Shown here piece after piece: positions 19,492 through 27,949 of a DNA stretch of 64,000 bases. The translations under genes and the position numbers were made by a program. The stretch spans positions 7,154-71,153 of the forward strand of contig DATBAI010000013.1 of NCBI GenBank assembly GCA_036271595.1, written 5' to 3'. This DNA comes from Usitatibacter sp. (lineage in GTDB: Bacteria > Pseudomonadota > Gammaproteobacteria > Burkholderiales > Usitatibacteraceae). The notes beneath the pieces were generated by a model. It was not told the DNA's origin and searched no databases. It worked only from the letters and a program-made list of their open reading frames with translations. The stretch's first letter is position 1, and every line of letters begins with the position of its first letter.

Positions 19492-19944
19492 TCAGCCGGC
19501 GGCGAGGATCACGAGCTCGCTGGTGAGGAGCACCGCCAGCCTCTTCATGACGCCGAAGCCGAGGTCGGTGTCCTCCTCCATGAGCTGCGTGAGGGCGGCT
19601 CCGTTGATCGCGAGGACCTCGCATGCGGTGAGGCAATACGCGGTGGCGATGCGCCGCGTGTGCCCCTCGACCAGCGGCGCCCAACCGAAGACGTCGCCGC
19701 GCCGGATGATGTCGCCGGCCGCGGTATCGCGCTTGGACAGGCCGAGCGTGAACCTCACCATGCCGTCGGCGAGCACGTAGAAATTGTCGACCGCGTCACC
19801 TACCGTGTAGATGCGCGTGTCGGCCTCGAACGAGCGCGCCTGGGCAAGCGCGGCGATGTGCTCGAGCTGCGAAGCGTGCAGGCCCGAGAAGAACCGCGCC
19901 TGCGAGAGGATGGCGCGCGCGTCGAGGGAGCTGACGGAGCTCAA
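19492..19944 (-). CDS. Stand-alone cNMP-binding-fold protein (FGW variant)
   Basis: GDAVDNFYVLADGMV..GDVFGWAPL..RRIATA; TTG start overlaps the panB-like stop. Confidence 0.8.
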   Translation of the reverse strand: MSSVSSLDARAILSQARFFSGLHASQLEHIAALAQARSFEADTRIYTVGDAVDNFYVLADGMVRFTLGLSKRDTAAGDIIRRGDVFGWAPLVEGHTRRIATAYCLTACEVLAINGAALTQLMEEDTDLGFGVMKRLAVLLTSELVILAAG

Positions 19945-20846
19945 CCGGCGCTACCGGCCTTGCGCGGCTTCGCCATCAGCTGCTTGAACTTCGCAAGCTC
20001 ATCCTCCTTCATGAACACGGTGTGCTCCTTGCCGGGATAGGCGCGCGAGCGCACGTCGTCGCGGTAGTCGGACAGGCCCTTTTCCATGATCGGCACCAGG
20101 TCCACGTACATCTTCGAATGGCGCGGCGTGTGCGCCTCGTACAAATGGAAGAGGTCCGAGCCGATGATATGCACGCCGTGCGCGCGGTTGCCCGCGCCCA
20201 GGCTGATGACCGGGACCGGAAGCGTCTCGGCCAGGTGCTCGCAGACTTCGGACGTGGTCACCTCGCACAGGATCGAGAAGCAGCCGGCATCGACCATCGC
20301 CCAGGCGTCGTCCACCAGCTCCTTGGCGCGGTCCGCGGTCTTGCCCTGCGCGAAGAAGCCGCCCAGCTGCGCCATGCGCATCGGCGTGATGCCGATGTGG
20401 CCCTGCACGGGGATGCCCGCCTTCACGATCGCCTCCATGTACTTGGCATGGTGCTGGTTGCCCTCGCACTTCATCACTTCCGCGCCGCCCTGGGAGACGT
20501 ACTTCGCGGCATTGTCGACGGCTTGCTGTGCGGAAAGGTGGAAGCTCATGTACGGCATGTCGACCATGCGCAAGCCGTACTTCGAGCCGCGCTTCACGGC
20601 CTGGGCCATGAACATCACCTCCTCGAACGATACCGAGGTGGTGTTTTCGTGCCCGAAGAGCACCATGCCGCCGGTGTCCGAGACGCACAGGATGTCGACC
20701 CCGACGCGGTCCGAGATGATCGCGGTCTCGTAGTCGTAGACCGCGAGCTGCACGATCGGGTCGCCCTTCTTCATTTTCTCGACAAGCTGGGGAATCGTGA
20801 CTTTCTTGCGTGCCGGCGCGGCGGCCGCGGGTTTCTGCTCGGACAT
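19941..20846 (-). CDS. panB: Divergent ketopantoate hydroxymethyltransferase (PanB) homolog
   Basis: YDY, VSDTGGM (vs VGDSLGM), DMPYMSF, KCEG, GHIGITP, SILCE, SLGAG. Confidence 0.7.
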   Translation of the reverse strand: MSEQKPAAAAPARKKVTIPQLVEKMKKGDPIVQLAVYDYETAIISDRVGVDILCVSDTGGMVLFGHENTTSVSFEEVMFMAQAVKRGSKYGLRMVDMPYMSFHLSAQQAVDNAAKYVSQGGAEVMKCEGNQHHAKYMEAIVKAGIPVQGHIGITPMRMAQLGGFFAQGKTADRAKELVDDAWAMVDAGCFSILCEVTTSEVCEHLAETLPVPVISLGAGNRAHGVHIIGSDLFHLYEAHTPRHSKMYVDLVPIMEKGLSDYRDDVRSRAYPGKEHTVFMKEDELAKFKQLMAKPRKAGSAG

Positions 20847-20882
20847 CCAGGTCTCCTCGGTTGGTTTTCTATCCCGTACTGC

Positions 20883-20986
20883 TTGTTAACAATTCGGCAG
20901 GACGATTGCAAGTCCCGGAAGGCATTGCGTGCATGCATGGGGCACTGGCGCGTTTCCGTGGGAAACGAGAGGTTCGCGCGGAAACA
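20883..20986 (-). promoter_or_regulatory. Putative sigma70 promoter (TTGCAA-17-TAACAA) of the panB-like operon with upstream tandem palindromes
   Basis: -35 at 20911-20906, -10 at 20888-20883; perfect CGTTTCC-N3-GGAAACG at 20951-20967 and a degenerate copy at 20970-20986. Confidence 0.5.
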
Positions 20987-20995
20987 TCGCGGGGG

Positions 20996-22366
20996 TCATC
21001 CGGCGCTTCGGCGGACGCGCTTCAGCCCCCATTGGCGCCGCCGGGTCCAGAGCGCCTTGCGCCCGATACCGAGCATGCGCGCGAGCTCGGCTTCGCTGCG
21101 CGTGTCCTGGAACCGCTCGACCACCTCGCGGATGTACTCCTCGATGGCGAGGGGCGGCGTGTCGCCTTGCGCGATGGGCGCGGCCCGCACCATGGGCAGC
21201 GCGGGGGCGACCTCCGCGAGGTCGCGGCCGGTGAGCACGTCGCCCTCCGCGAGGATCACGGCGCGCTCGACCAGGTGCTCGAGCTCGCGCACGTTGCCCG
21301 GCCACGAATGGTGCTCGAGGAAGGAGGTGAACTCCGGGTCGAAGCCGCGCACGCTCTTGCCGAGCTTGCGCGAGTAGCGCTCGGCAAAGTGGCGCGCGAG
21401 CGTCAGCACATCGGCGCCGCGATCACGCAGCGGCGGCAGCGTGATCGAGATCACGTTGAGGCTGTAGTAGAGCTCCTGCCGGAATGCGCCCTTCGCGACC
21501 GCGCCCTCGAGGTCCCAGTGCGTGGCCGCGACGAAGCGCACGTCGGCGGCGTAGGTGCGGCCTTCGCCGAGCGAGCGGGCCACCTTGTCCTGCAACACCC
21601 GCAGCAGCTTCGCCTGGAGGGCGGCGGAGAGCTCGGTGATCTCGTCCAGGTAGAGGGTGCCGCCGTGCGCCTCGCGAATGAGCCCCTCGCGCGCGTCCGG
21701 GCCGCCCTGGCGCCCGAAAAGCTCCGCCTCGAGCAGGGCGGGGGCGAGCGCGCCGCACTTGACCGGCACGAAGGGACCGGCCGCGCGCGGCCCGCGCGCA
21801 TGCAGCGCGTGCGCGAGGAGCTCCTTGCCCGTGCCGTACTCGCCGGAGAGCAGCACGTTGGCTTCGGACTTCGCGGCCTTGCGCATGCGCTCCAGCGCCT
21901 TCTGCATCCCGGGGCTCTCGCCCAGGATCGGCCGGCTCGCGTAGGCGCTCTGGAGCGTTCGCCGCAGCGCCGCGTTCTCGCGGCCCATGCGCCGTTCCTT
22001 CAGCGCGCGCTCGACCGAATGCAGCAGCTCTTCGTTGTCGAACGGCTTGATGATGTAGTCCACGGCGCCCGCGCGCAGCGCCGCTACCGCGCTCTCCAGC
22101 GAGGAGTAGCTGGTCATCATGATGATCGGGAGCGTGCGGTCCTTCTCGTGGATGAGGCGCACCGCGTCCAGTCCGGTGCCGTCGGGAAGCTTCAGGTCCG
22201 TGATCACGACGTCGTGGTCCCCGGCCGCGATGCGCCGCAGGCCTTCCTTCACCGAGGCGGCGGAATCGACCCGGTAGCCCTCGCTCGAGAGGAGGAGCGC
22301 CACCACCTCGGAGACGCCCGGGTCGTCCTCGATCACGAAGATGCGCTCGCTGCGGGCGGTGGCCAT
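20996..22366 (-). CDS. NtrC/CbrB-like response regulator (REC-AAA+-HTH) lacking the GAFTGA loop
   Basis: IEDD/TD/KPF receiver residues; GEYGTGKE; ELFGRQGGPDAREG; LYLDEI; WPGNVRELEH; C-terminal HTH. Confidence 0.85.
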   Translation of the reverse strand: MATARSERIFVIEDDPGVSEVVALLLSSEGYRVDSAASVKEGLRRIAAGDHDVVITDLKLPDGTGLDAVRLIHEKDRTLPIIMMTSYSSLESAVAALRAGAVDYIIKPFDNEELLHSVERALKERRMGRENAALRRTLQSAYASRPILGESPGMQKALERMRKAAKSEANVLLSGEYGTGKELLAHALHARGPRAAGPFVPVKCGALAPALLEAELFGRQGGPDAREGLIREAHGGTLYLDEITELSAALQAKLLRVLQDKVARSLGEGRTYAADVRFVAATHWDLEGAVAKGAFRQELYYSLNVISITLPPLRDRGADVLTLARHFAERYSRKLGKSVRGFDPEFTSFLEHHSWPGNVRELEHLVERAVILAEGDVLTGRDLAEVAPALPMVRAAPIAQGDTPPLAIEEYIREVVERFQDTRSEAELARMLGIGRKALWTRRRQWGLKRVRRSAG

Positions 22367-22368
22367 CG

Positions 22369-23274
22369 CTACGCGGCTGCGGGGAGGATCAGCTCCATGC
22401 AGGTGCCGCCCTCCGGATGGTTGCTGGCGCTGAGCGAGCCGCCCAGCTCGTGCACGATTTCGTTGCAGATCGCGAGCCCCAGCCCCGTGCCCTCTCCGGG
22501 CGCCTTGGTGGTGAAGAACGGCTCGAAGATGCGCTCCAGGTCGTGCCCGGGTATCCCGGGGCCGGTGTCGCGCACCCGCACCCGCACGCGCCCGGCGGCG
22601 TCGCGCCCGGTGTCGATCTCGATGTCGCCGCGGCCCTGCATCGCCTGCGCGGCGTTCAGCATGATGTTGAAGAGCACCTGCTGCAGCTCGCCGGGGCGCG
22701 CCGGCGTCACGGCATCGGGCAAGCCGCGGCATGCGAACCGCACTTCCGCGCCCCAGCGGTTGTGGCGCAGCAGCCCGAGGGCCTCGCGCACGGCGGCGTC
22801 CACCGACTGCGGCTGCGGCGCATCGCCCGTCAACCGCGAGAAATCGCCCAACTTGCGGGTGATCGCGAGCACCCGCACGAGGTTACCCGCGATGGAGCTC
22901 AGGCCCTTCTCGACGGTCTCGGGCGTGACGCCGCGGGGCGACTGCAGGATCTGCACCATCGAGTGGATCGCGGCGAGCGGATTGGAGACCTCGTGGCAGA
23001 CGCCCGCGAGCATGAAGCCCAGGGAGGCGAGGCGCTGCATCTGCGGGTCGGGCGTGGTCCCGGGAAGGACGAACACGCAACGGCCCGCCGGAAGGTCGGC
23101 CACATGGGCCCCGGGGAGGCGTGCGGGATCCGAACGCCCGGCCAGGGCGCGCATCGCGGCATTCATGTGCAGCACTTTGCCATCGGTGCCGAGGATCGCC
23201 GCGGCGATCGGCATCGCGTCGAGCAGCGCCCGCAACTCGCCGGAAACCTCGGGTCGCGCGCCGGTGCGAATCAC
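22369..23274 (-). CDS. Cytoplasmic sensor histidine kinase (short PAS-like + HisKA + HATPase)
   Basis: HEVSNPL H-box, NAAQA N-box, DTGPG, FFTTK, GTGLGL; no TM segment. Confidence 0.85.
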   Translation of the reverse strand: MIRTGARPEVSGELRALLDAMPIAAAILGTDGKVLHMNAAMRALAGRSDPARLPGAHVADLPAGRCVFVLPGTTPDPQMQRLASLGFMLAGVCHEVSNPLAAIHSMVQILQSPRGVTPETVEKGLSSIAGNLVRVLAITRKLGDFSRLTGDAPQPQSVDAAVREALGLLRHNRWGAEVRFACRGLPDAVTPARPGELQQVLFNIMLNAAQAMQGRGDIEIDTGRDAAGRVRVRVRDTGPGIPGHDLERIFEPFFTTKAPGEGTGLGLAICNEIVHELGGSLSASNHPEGGTCMELILPAAA

Positions 23275-23275
23275 G

Positions 23276-24481
23276 TCACGCGGCCCCGGGCGCCGCCCGC
23301 GCGATCGCCCGTTCGTCGATCGGCAAACACATCGCGCATGCGATCACCGACAGCGCGATCGACATGATCCACACCCACAGGTACGAGCCGGTCGCATCGA
23401 ATACCGCGCCGCCGGCCCAAGCGCCCGCGAACGCTCCCAGCTGGTGCCCGAGGAACGCGATCGAGAAGAGCGTCGAGAGGTATTTCAGCCCGAAGATCTG
23501 TCCCACCAGCGAGTTGGTGAGCGGCACGGTGCCCAGCCAGGTGAATCCCATCACCGCGGCGAAGAGGTAGATGCTGCCGAGGGTGATGGGCAGGCCGACG
23601 AAGAGCGCGATCGCCACGGCACGGATGGCGTAGACCCAGAAGAGCAGCCACTTGCGGCTGTAGCGTGCGCCGAGCGCGCCGGCGGCGAAGGAACCGACGA
23701 TGTTGAAGAAGCCGATGGTCGCGAGCGCCGCCATCGCATGCTGCGCGCCGAGGCCGCGGTCCACGAGGTAGGCCGGGAGGTGGACCATGATGAAGATCGT
23801 CTGGAATCCGCAAACGAGGAACGAGCCCGTGAGGAGCCAGAAGCCGCCGTGGCTCGCGGCTTCGGACAGGGCGCCGCCGATCGACTGCGTGCTTTCGTTC
23901 GCCGCCTCGTTTCGTCCCGACAGGGCGCCTCCGAGCGGGATCATCACGGCCGCGAGCGCGGCGAGCGTCGCGAGCGCCGGGAGCCAGCCCCACGCGTTGA
24001 TCAGCGCCTGTCCCGTCGGAAGCATCGCGAACTGCCCGAATGAGCCGGTGGCGCCGGCGAGGCCCACCGCCACCGAGCGGCGCTCGGGCGGGAATGCCCG
24101 CGCCACCACCGCGAGCACGACACCGAAGCCGGTGCCCGACAGCCCAAGGCCTACCAGCAGCCCGGCCGACAGGTCGAAGAGGAGCGCGTTCGTGGCATGG
24201 GCCATCGCGTAGAGGCCGATGGCATAGAGGATGGCGCCCGCGACGATGACGCGCCCGGCGCCCTTTCGGTCGGCGATCGCACCCGCGAACGGCATGGCGA
24301 GGCCCCACACCAAGTTCTGCAGCGCGATCGCGAAGGAGAACGTCTCGCGCCCCCAGCCGAGCTCGGCCGACATCGGGCGCAGGAAGAGTCCGAAGCTCTG
24401 GCGAATGCCGAGCGCGAGCATCAGGACGAGCCCGGCGCAGGCGAGGACTACCGTGGGCGTGCGCCAGCGACCGTGATCCAG
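23276..24481 (-). CDS. MFS transporter (possible CTG start)
   Basis: GIRQSFGLF, 12 predicted TM helices; GGGAGG RBS 5-6 nt before an in-frame CTG giving 401 aa. Confidence 0.85.
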   Translation of the reverse strand: MDHGRWRTPTVVLACAGLVLMLALGIRQSFGLFLRPMSAELGWGRETFSFAIALQNLVWGLAMPFAGAIADRKGAGRVIVAGAILYAIGLYAMAHATNALLFDLSAGLLVGLGLSGTGFGVVLAVVARAFPPERRSVAVGLAGATGSFGQFAMLPTGQALINAWGWLPALATLAALAAVMIPLGGALSGRNEAANESTQSIGGALSEAASHGGFWLLTGSFLVCGFQTIFIMVHLPAYLVDRGLGAQHAMAALATIGFFNIVGSFAAGALGARYSRKWLLFWVYAIRAVAIALFVGLPITLGSIYLFAAVMGFTWLGTVPLTNSLVGQIFGLKYLSTLFSIAFLGHQLGAFAGAWAGGAVFDATGSYLWVWIMSIALSVIACAMCLPIDERAIARAAPGAA

Positions 24482-24512
24482 GAACGCCTCCCCATGGCCG
24501 AATTGGACAAGC

Positions 24513-24671
24513 CTACGGCTTTTTCGGGGTCTTGTACTCGTCTTCCTTGTGGAGCGGCTTCCAGACGGTCTCGTAACCGACAAATCCCTTTTCGTTCGGA
24601 GGCTTCTGCCGCGTCGTGTAGTAAGGCGTATGGCCGTCGGGGACCTTGGTGACGGGTTTTTGCTCGCTCAT
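24513..24671 (-). CDS. Small 52-aa hypothetical protein (not in the ORF track)
   Basis: GGAG RBS + ATG; MSEQKPVTKVPDGHTPYYTTRQKPPNEKGFVGYETVWKPLHKEDEYKTPKKP; fills the gap in the operon. Confidence 0.75.
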   Translation of the reverse strand: MSEQKPVTKVPDGHTPYYTTRQKPPNEKGFVGYETVWKPLHKEDEYKTPKKP

Positions 24672-24701
24672 GGGTCAGCTCCTTTCGCGTGAATTCATTT
24701 T

Positions 24702-25211
24702 TCAAACCGGCCTCATGAGCGACCCATCGACGCGGGGCTGCGCGCCGATCGCCCGGCCGGCCTTCGTCTCTTCGCCGGTCGCCTCGCGCACCGTGAGGAT
24801 CTCGAGGCGGAAGACGACTTCCCTGCCGCAAAGGGGATTGTTGCCGTCGACCGTGAGCGTCTCGTCGTCCACTCGCGTCACGATGAAGCTGCGGGCGTGG
24901 CCCTTGTCGCTTTCCATGAGGATGGAAGTGCCGACGCGCCGATACTCCTCGGGGACGTTCTCGATGCGGTCGGAAAAAACCAGCGACTCGTCCCTCGGCC
25001 CGAAGATGCGGTTGCCGTCGATCGGGACCTCGATCACATCGCCGACGGACCTGCCCTCCAGCTCCTTGTGGACCGACGGGGCGAGAATCTCATTGTGTCC
25101 GTGGACGTAGCCCAACGGGAATTCGACGCATGTGAGGACATGACCCGATTTCCCGTCGATCACCTGGTAGGTGAGCTCGACGAACTTGCCGTCCTGGATG
25201 GATTCGCTCAT
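24702..25211 (-). CDS. SlyD-like FKBP-type peptidyl-prolyl isomerase
   Basis: VELTY, YVHG, FGPRD, VDGNNPLCG (cf. DGNHPLAG); no His-rich tail. Confidence 0.75.
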   Translation of the reverse strand: MSESIQDGKFVELTYQVIDGKSGHVLTCVEFPLGYVHGHNEILAPSVHKELEGRSVGDVIEVPIDGNRIFGPRDESLVFSDRIENVPEEYRRVGTSILMESDKGHARSFIVTRVDDETLTVDGNNPLCGREVVFRLEILTVREATGEETKAGRAIGAQPRVDGSLMRPV

Positions 25212-25217
25212 GTCCGC

Positions 25218-25568
25218 TCAGAAGATGGACGCGGCGAAGATCCTCGCCTCGCCGTCCTCGTACCCGAGCACCAGCCGGCCGAGCCATTCGCCCTGCTTGC
25301 GGGTGCTGCGTTGCCGGTAGAGGACCGTCGCATGCTCGCCGCGGCGGATGATGCCGAGATAGTCGGGGTCCTCGGCGAGGCTCCGCGCGAGCTCGCTGTT
25401 CGCGAACTGGTGGTTCACCACGACCTGATCCATGGCAAGCGCCAGGGAGCGGGCGAACTTCTTCACGAAGTCCCCGTACTTGCCTTCGTTGGAGTACTTG
25501 AGGAGATCGCGCCACAGCGGATCGGCCATGGCGCGTATCTCCTCGTCGGTCCTGTCGATGATGTTCAA
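25218..25568 (-). CDS. Hypothetical protein downstream of aprA (~116 aa)
   Basis: TTG start just after the aprA stop, 6 nt gap to the slyD-like gene; start inferred. Confidence 0.65.
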   Translation of the reverse strand: MNIIDRTDEEIRAMADPLWRDLLKYSNEGKYGDFVKKFARSLALAMDQVVVNHQFANSELARSLAEDPDYLGIIRRGEHATVLYRQRSTRKQGEWLGRLVLGYEDGEARIFAASIF

Positions 25569-25579
25569 CGCCGCCCCGG

Positions 25580-27448
25580 CTAGTCGCTTTCCGCGACCAG
25601 GTGGTAGCAGGGCGCTTTTTCCATGGTGTATTCGCCGCTTTGAGGATCGCGGCGCGAGACCGTGAGCACGTGCCAGTTCTCGTCGTCCACCTTCATGGCG
25701 TCGCCACGGTAGTAGTAGCCCGGCCAGCGCGTCTCCTTGCGGAAGAGCGTGTGGTGGGTGACGCACTCCGCGGCCCGGTGGCGGTGCATGAGCTCCCATG
25801 CGCGCAACAACTCGTGAAGGTCCTTCGCGGCGAGGCTCTGGAGGTCCTCCTCCATGATCTGGAGCTTCTTCAGGCAGATGTTGAGGAGCTTCTCGTTGGT
25901 CATGTACCTCACGGTATAGCCGCCGCAGTACTCGTCCATGAGCTTTTGCAGGCGGTCCAGGCCCTGCTGCGGATTGATGTAGTGCGGGTTGACGGTCCCC
26001 GCCACGACGGCGTTGCGATAGATCCTGTAGTGCTCCAGGGGCTTGTAGATCTCCTTCCTGCGCCGCTCGACCTGGTCATCGGATACGACGATTCCCTCGC
26101 CATTCCCGTCGTCGATGTATTTGCACGCGGCCTTCGCTGCGAGGCGGCCTTCGGTGAACGAGCCCGACGAGAAGGCGTGGGGAGTGCCGCCCACCGCATC
26201 GCCGGCGCCGAAGAGGCCTTCGATCGTCGTCATGCGGTTGTAGCCCCAGAAATATTCGGGCGGGGAGACGTCCTCGGGGCCCGAGCACCAGGCGCCCGAG
26301 CACGTGGCGTGGGAGCCCATGACGTACGGCTCGGAGGTGGTGAGCTCGGGATTCTCGTTCTTGGGATCCACGTCGGTGGCGGCCCACAGGACTGCCTGGC
26401 CGATGGTCATTCCGAGGAAATTTTCCCAGCCGACCTCTTCCAGGTGAGGGTCCTGGAAGGCCGGCATGGTCACCATGTGGATGGGCCCGCGGCCCGCGTT
26501 CACCTCGCTGATGATGCAATGGTTGCGCAGGCACGTCGGGATGGGCCGATGGGTCAGGTGGGAGGCTTCCGGATCGAGGTACTCCTTGCCGACCATCTTC
26601 TGGAGATCGGGGAACCACTTGGATTCGTACTCTTCCCCCAGGGCGTTTTGCGTATAGGTCTTCAGGTGCAGGAAGTAGGCGCCGACCGGGCCGTAGCCAT
26701 CCTTGAATCGCGCCAGCACGATGCGATTTTCCATCTGCGTCATCTTGGCGCCGGCGTCGATCATGAGCCCGTAGGCGGACGCGGACGACCAGGGCGCATA
26801 CCAGGTGCGGCCGGCACCTTCGCCGGTCGAGCGCGGCTTGAAGATGTTGGAGGCGCCGCCCGCGCCGCAGATCACGGCCTTCGCCTTGAAGACGTGGTAG
26901 TTGCCCGTGCGCACGTTGAAGCCGACGGCACCGGCGACCCGGTTCGGCTTCGCTTCATCCATCAGCAGGTGCGTCACGCAGATGCGGTTGAAGACCTTGT
27001 CGGCCGATTTCTTGGCGGCTTCGGCCACGATCGGCTTGTAGGATTCGCCGTGGATCATGATCTGCCATCGGCCCTCACGAAGATAGCGCCCGGTTTTCGG
27101 GTTCTTCATGATGGGCAGGCCCCACTCTTCGAACTGGTGCACGGTGGAGTCGACGTGGCGGGCCATGTCGAACAGCAGGTCTTCGCGCACCAGCCCCATC
27201 AGGTCGATGCGGGCATACCGGACGTGGTCTTCGGGATTGTTCTCGCCCCAGCGGGTGCCCATGTAGCAGTTGATGGCGTAGAGGCCCTGGGCGACGGCGC
27301 CGGAGCGATCGATGTTGGCCTTCTCGGCAATGACGATCTTCTTGTCCTGGCCCCAGAACCTGGCTTCCCATGCGGCTCCGGTGCCGCCGAGGCCCGCACC
27401 GACGACCAGGACATCGATGCCGTCTTCGACGATCGTGTTGTAGGCCAT
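25580..27448 (-). CDS. aprA: Adenylylsulfate reductase alpha subunit (AprM-associated, oxidative type)
   Basis: VVGAGLGGTG, DRSGAVAQGLYAINCY, WQIMIHGESYK, FKDGYGPVGA, SEPYVMGSHA, HAFSSGSFTEG. Confidence 0.97.
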   Translation of the reverse strand: MAYNTIVEDGIDVLVVGAGLGGTGAAWEARFWGQDKKIVIAEKANIDRSGAVAQGLYAINCYMGTRWGENNPEDHVRYARIDLMGLVREDLLFDMARHVDSTVHQFEEWGLPIMKNPKTGRYLREGRWQIMIHGESYKPIVAEAAKKSADKVFNRICVTHLLMDEAKPNRVAGAVGFNVRTGNYHVFKAKAVICGAGGASNIFKPRSTGEGAGRTWYAPWSSASAYGLMIDAGAKMTQMENRIVLARFKDGYGPVGAYFLHLKTYTQNALGEEYESKWFPDLQKMVGKEYLDPEASHLTHRPIPTCLRNHCIISEVNAGRGPIHMVTMPAFQDPHLEEVGWENFLGMTIGQAVLWAATDVDPKNENPELTTSEPYVMGSHATCSGAWCSGPEDVSPPEYFWGYNRMTTIEGLFGAGDAVGGTPHAFSSGSFTEGRLAAKAACKYIDDGNGEGIVVSDDQVERRRKEIYKPLEHYRIYRNAVVAGTVNPHYINPQQGLDRLQKLMDEYCGGYTVRYMTNEKLLNICLKKLQIMEEDLQSLAAKDLHELLRAWELMHRHRAAECVTHHTLFRKETRWPGYYYRGDAMKVDDENWHVLTVSRRDPQSGEYTMEKAPCYHLVAESD

Positions 27449-27927
27449 CAGTAGTACACGCCTTTCTTCAGCTTGAGGCCGGCGTCCTCGAGCGTACGCA
27501 GGCCCCCTTCGTCCATGCGAATCCACTTCGGCTCGTTGTACAGCAGCTGGCCGTCGCGTTCCGCCTTGCTGGGCGCGGGAACGTCCGCGAGCTTCGGGAT
27601 CGCCGTTCCCCAGGGCTTCGTGGTGATGGGCGACAGGAAGTTCTTTTCGGTGCCGTCGCGGAACTTGATCTTCCAGGCGATCGTGCCCTTGCGCTCGTCG
27701 CGGTCGACCCGGACGCTGTGGCCGAGCGGGGCGAAATCGGCATATCCGCGCACGTCGATCGCATGCTGGGGGCAGGCCTTCACGCAGGAGTAGCACTCCC
27801 AGCACATGTTCGGCTCGATGTTGTAGGCGCGCCGGTAGATCGGATCGATGTGCATGATGTCGGAGGGGCAGATGTCGACGCAGTGTCCGCATCCGTCGCA
27901 CCTCGTCATGTAGACGAAGGTAGGCAT
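27448..27927 (-). CDS. aprB: Adenylylsulfate reductase beta subunit
   Basis: MPTFVYMTRCDGCGHCVDICP; CWECYSCVKACP; VRGYADF. Confidence 0.97.
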   Translation of the reverse strand: MPTFVYMTRCDGCGHCVDICPSDIMHIDPIYRRAYNIEPNMCWECYSCVKACPQHAIDVRGYADFAPLGHSVRVDRDERKGTIAWKIKFRDGTEKNFLSPITTKPWGTAIPKLADVPAPSKAERDGQLLYNEPKWIRMDEGGLRTLEDAGLKLKKGVYY

Positions 27928-27949
27928 AGTCGGCTCCTTGGGCTGTGTT

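Noticed and set aside
20829-24671. Identical N-terminus MSEQKP in the PanB-like protein and the 52-aa ORF
   Set aside because: Only six residues with different codons, in a low-complexity N-terminal context; probably chance.
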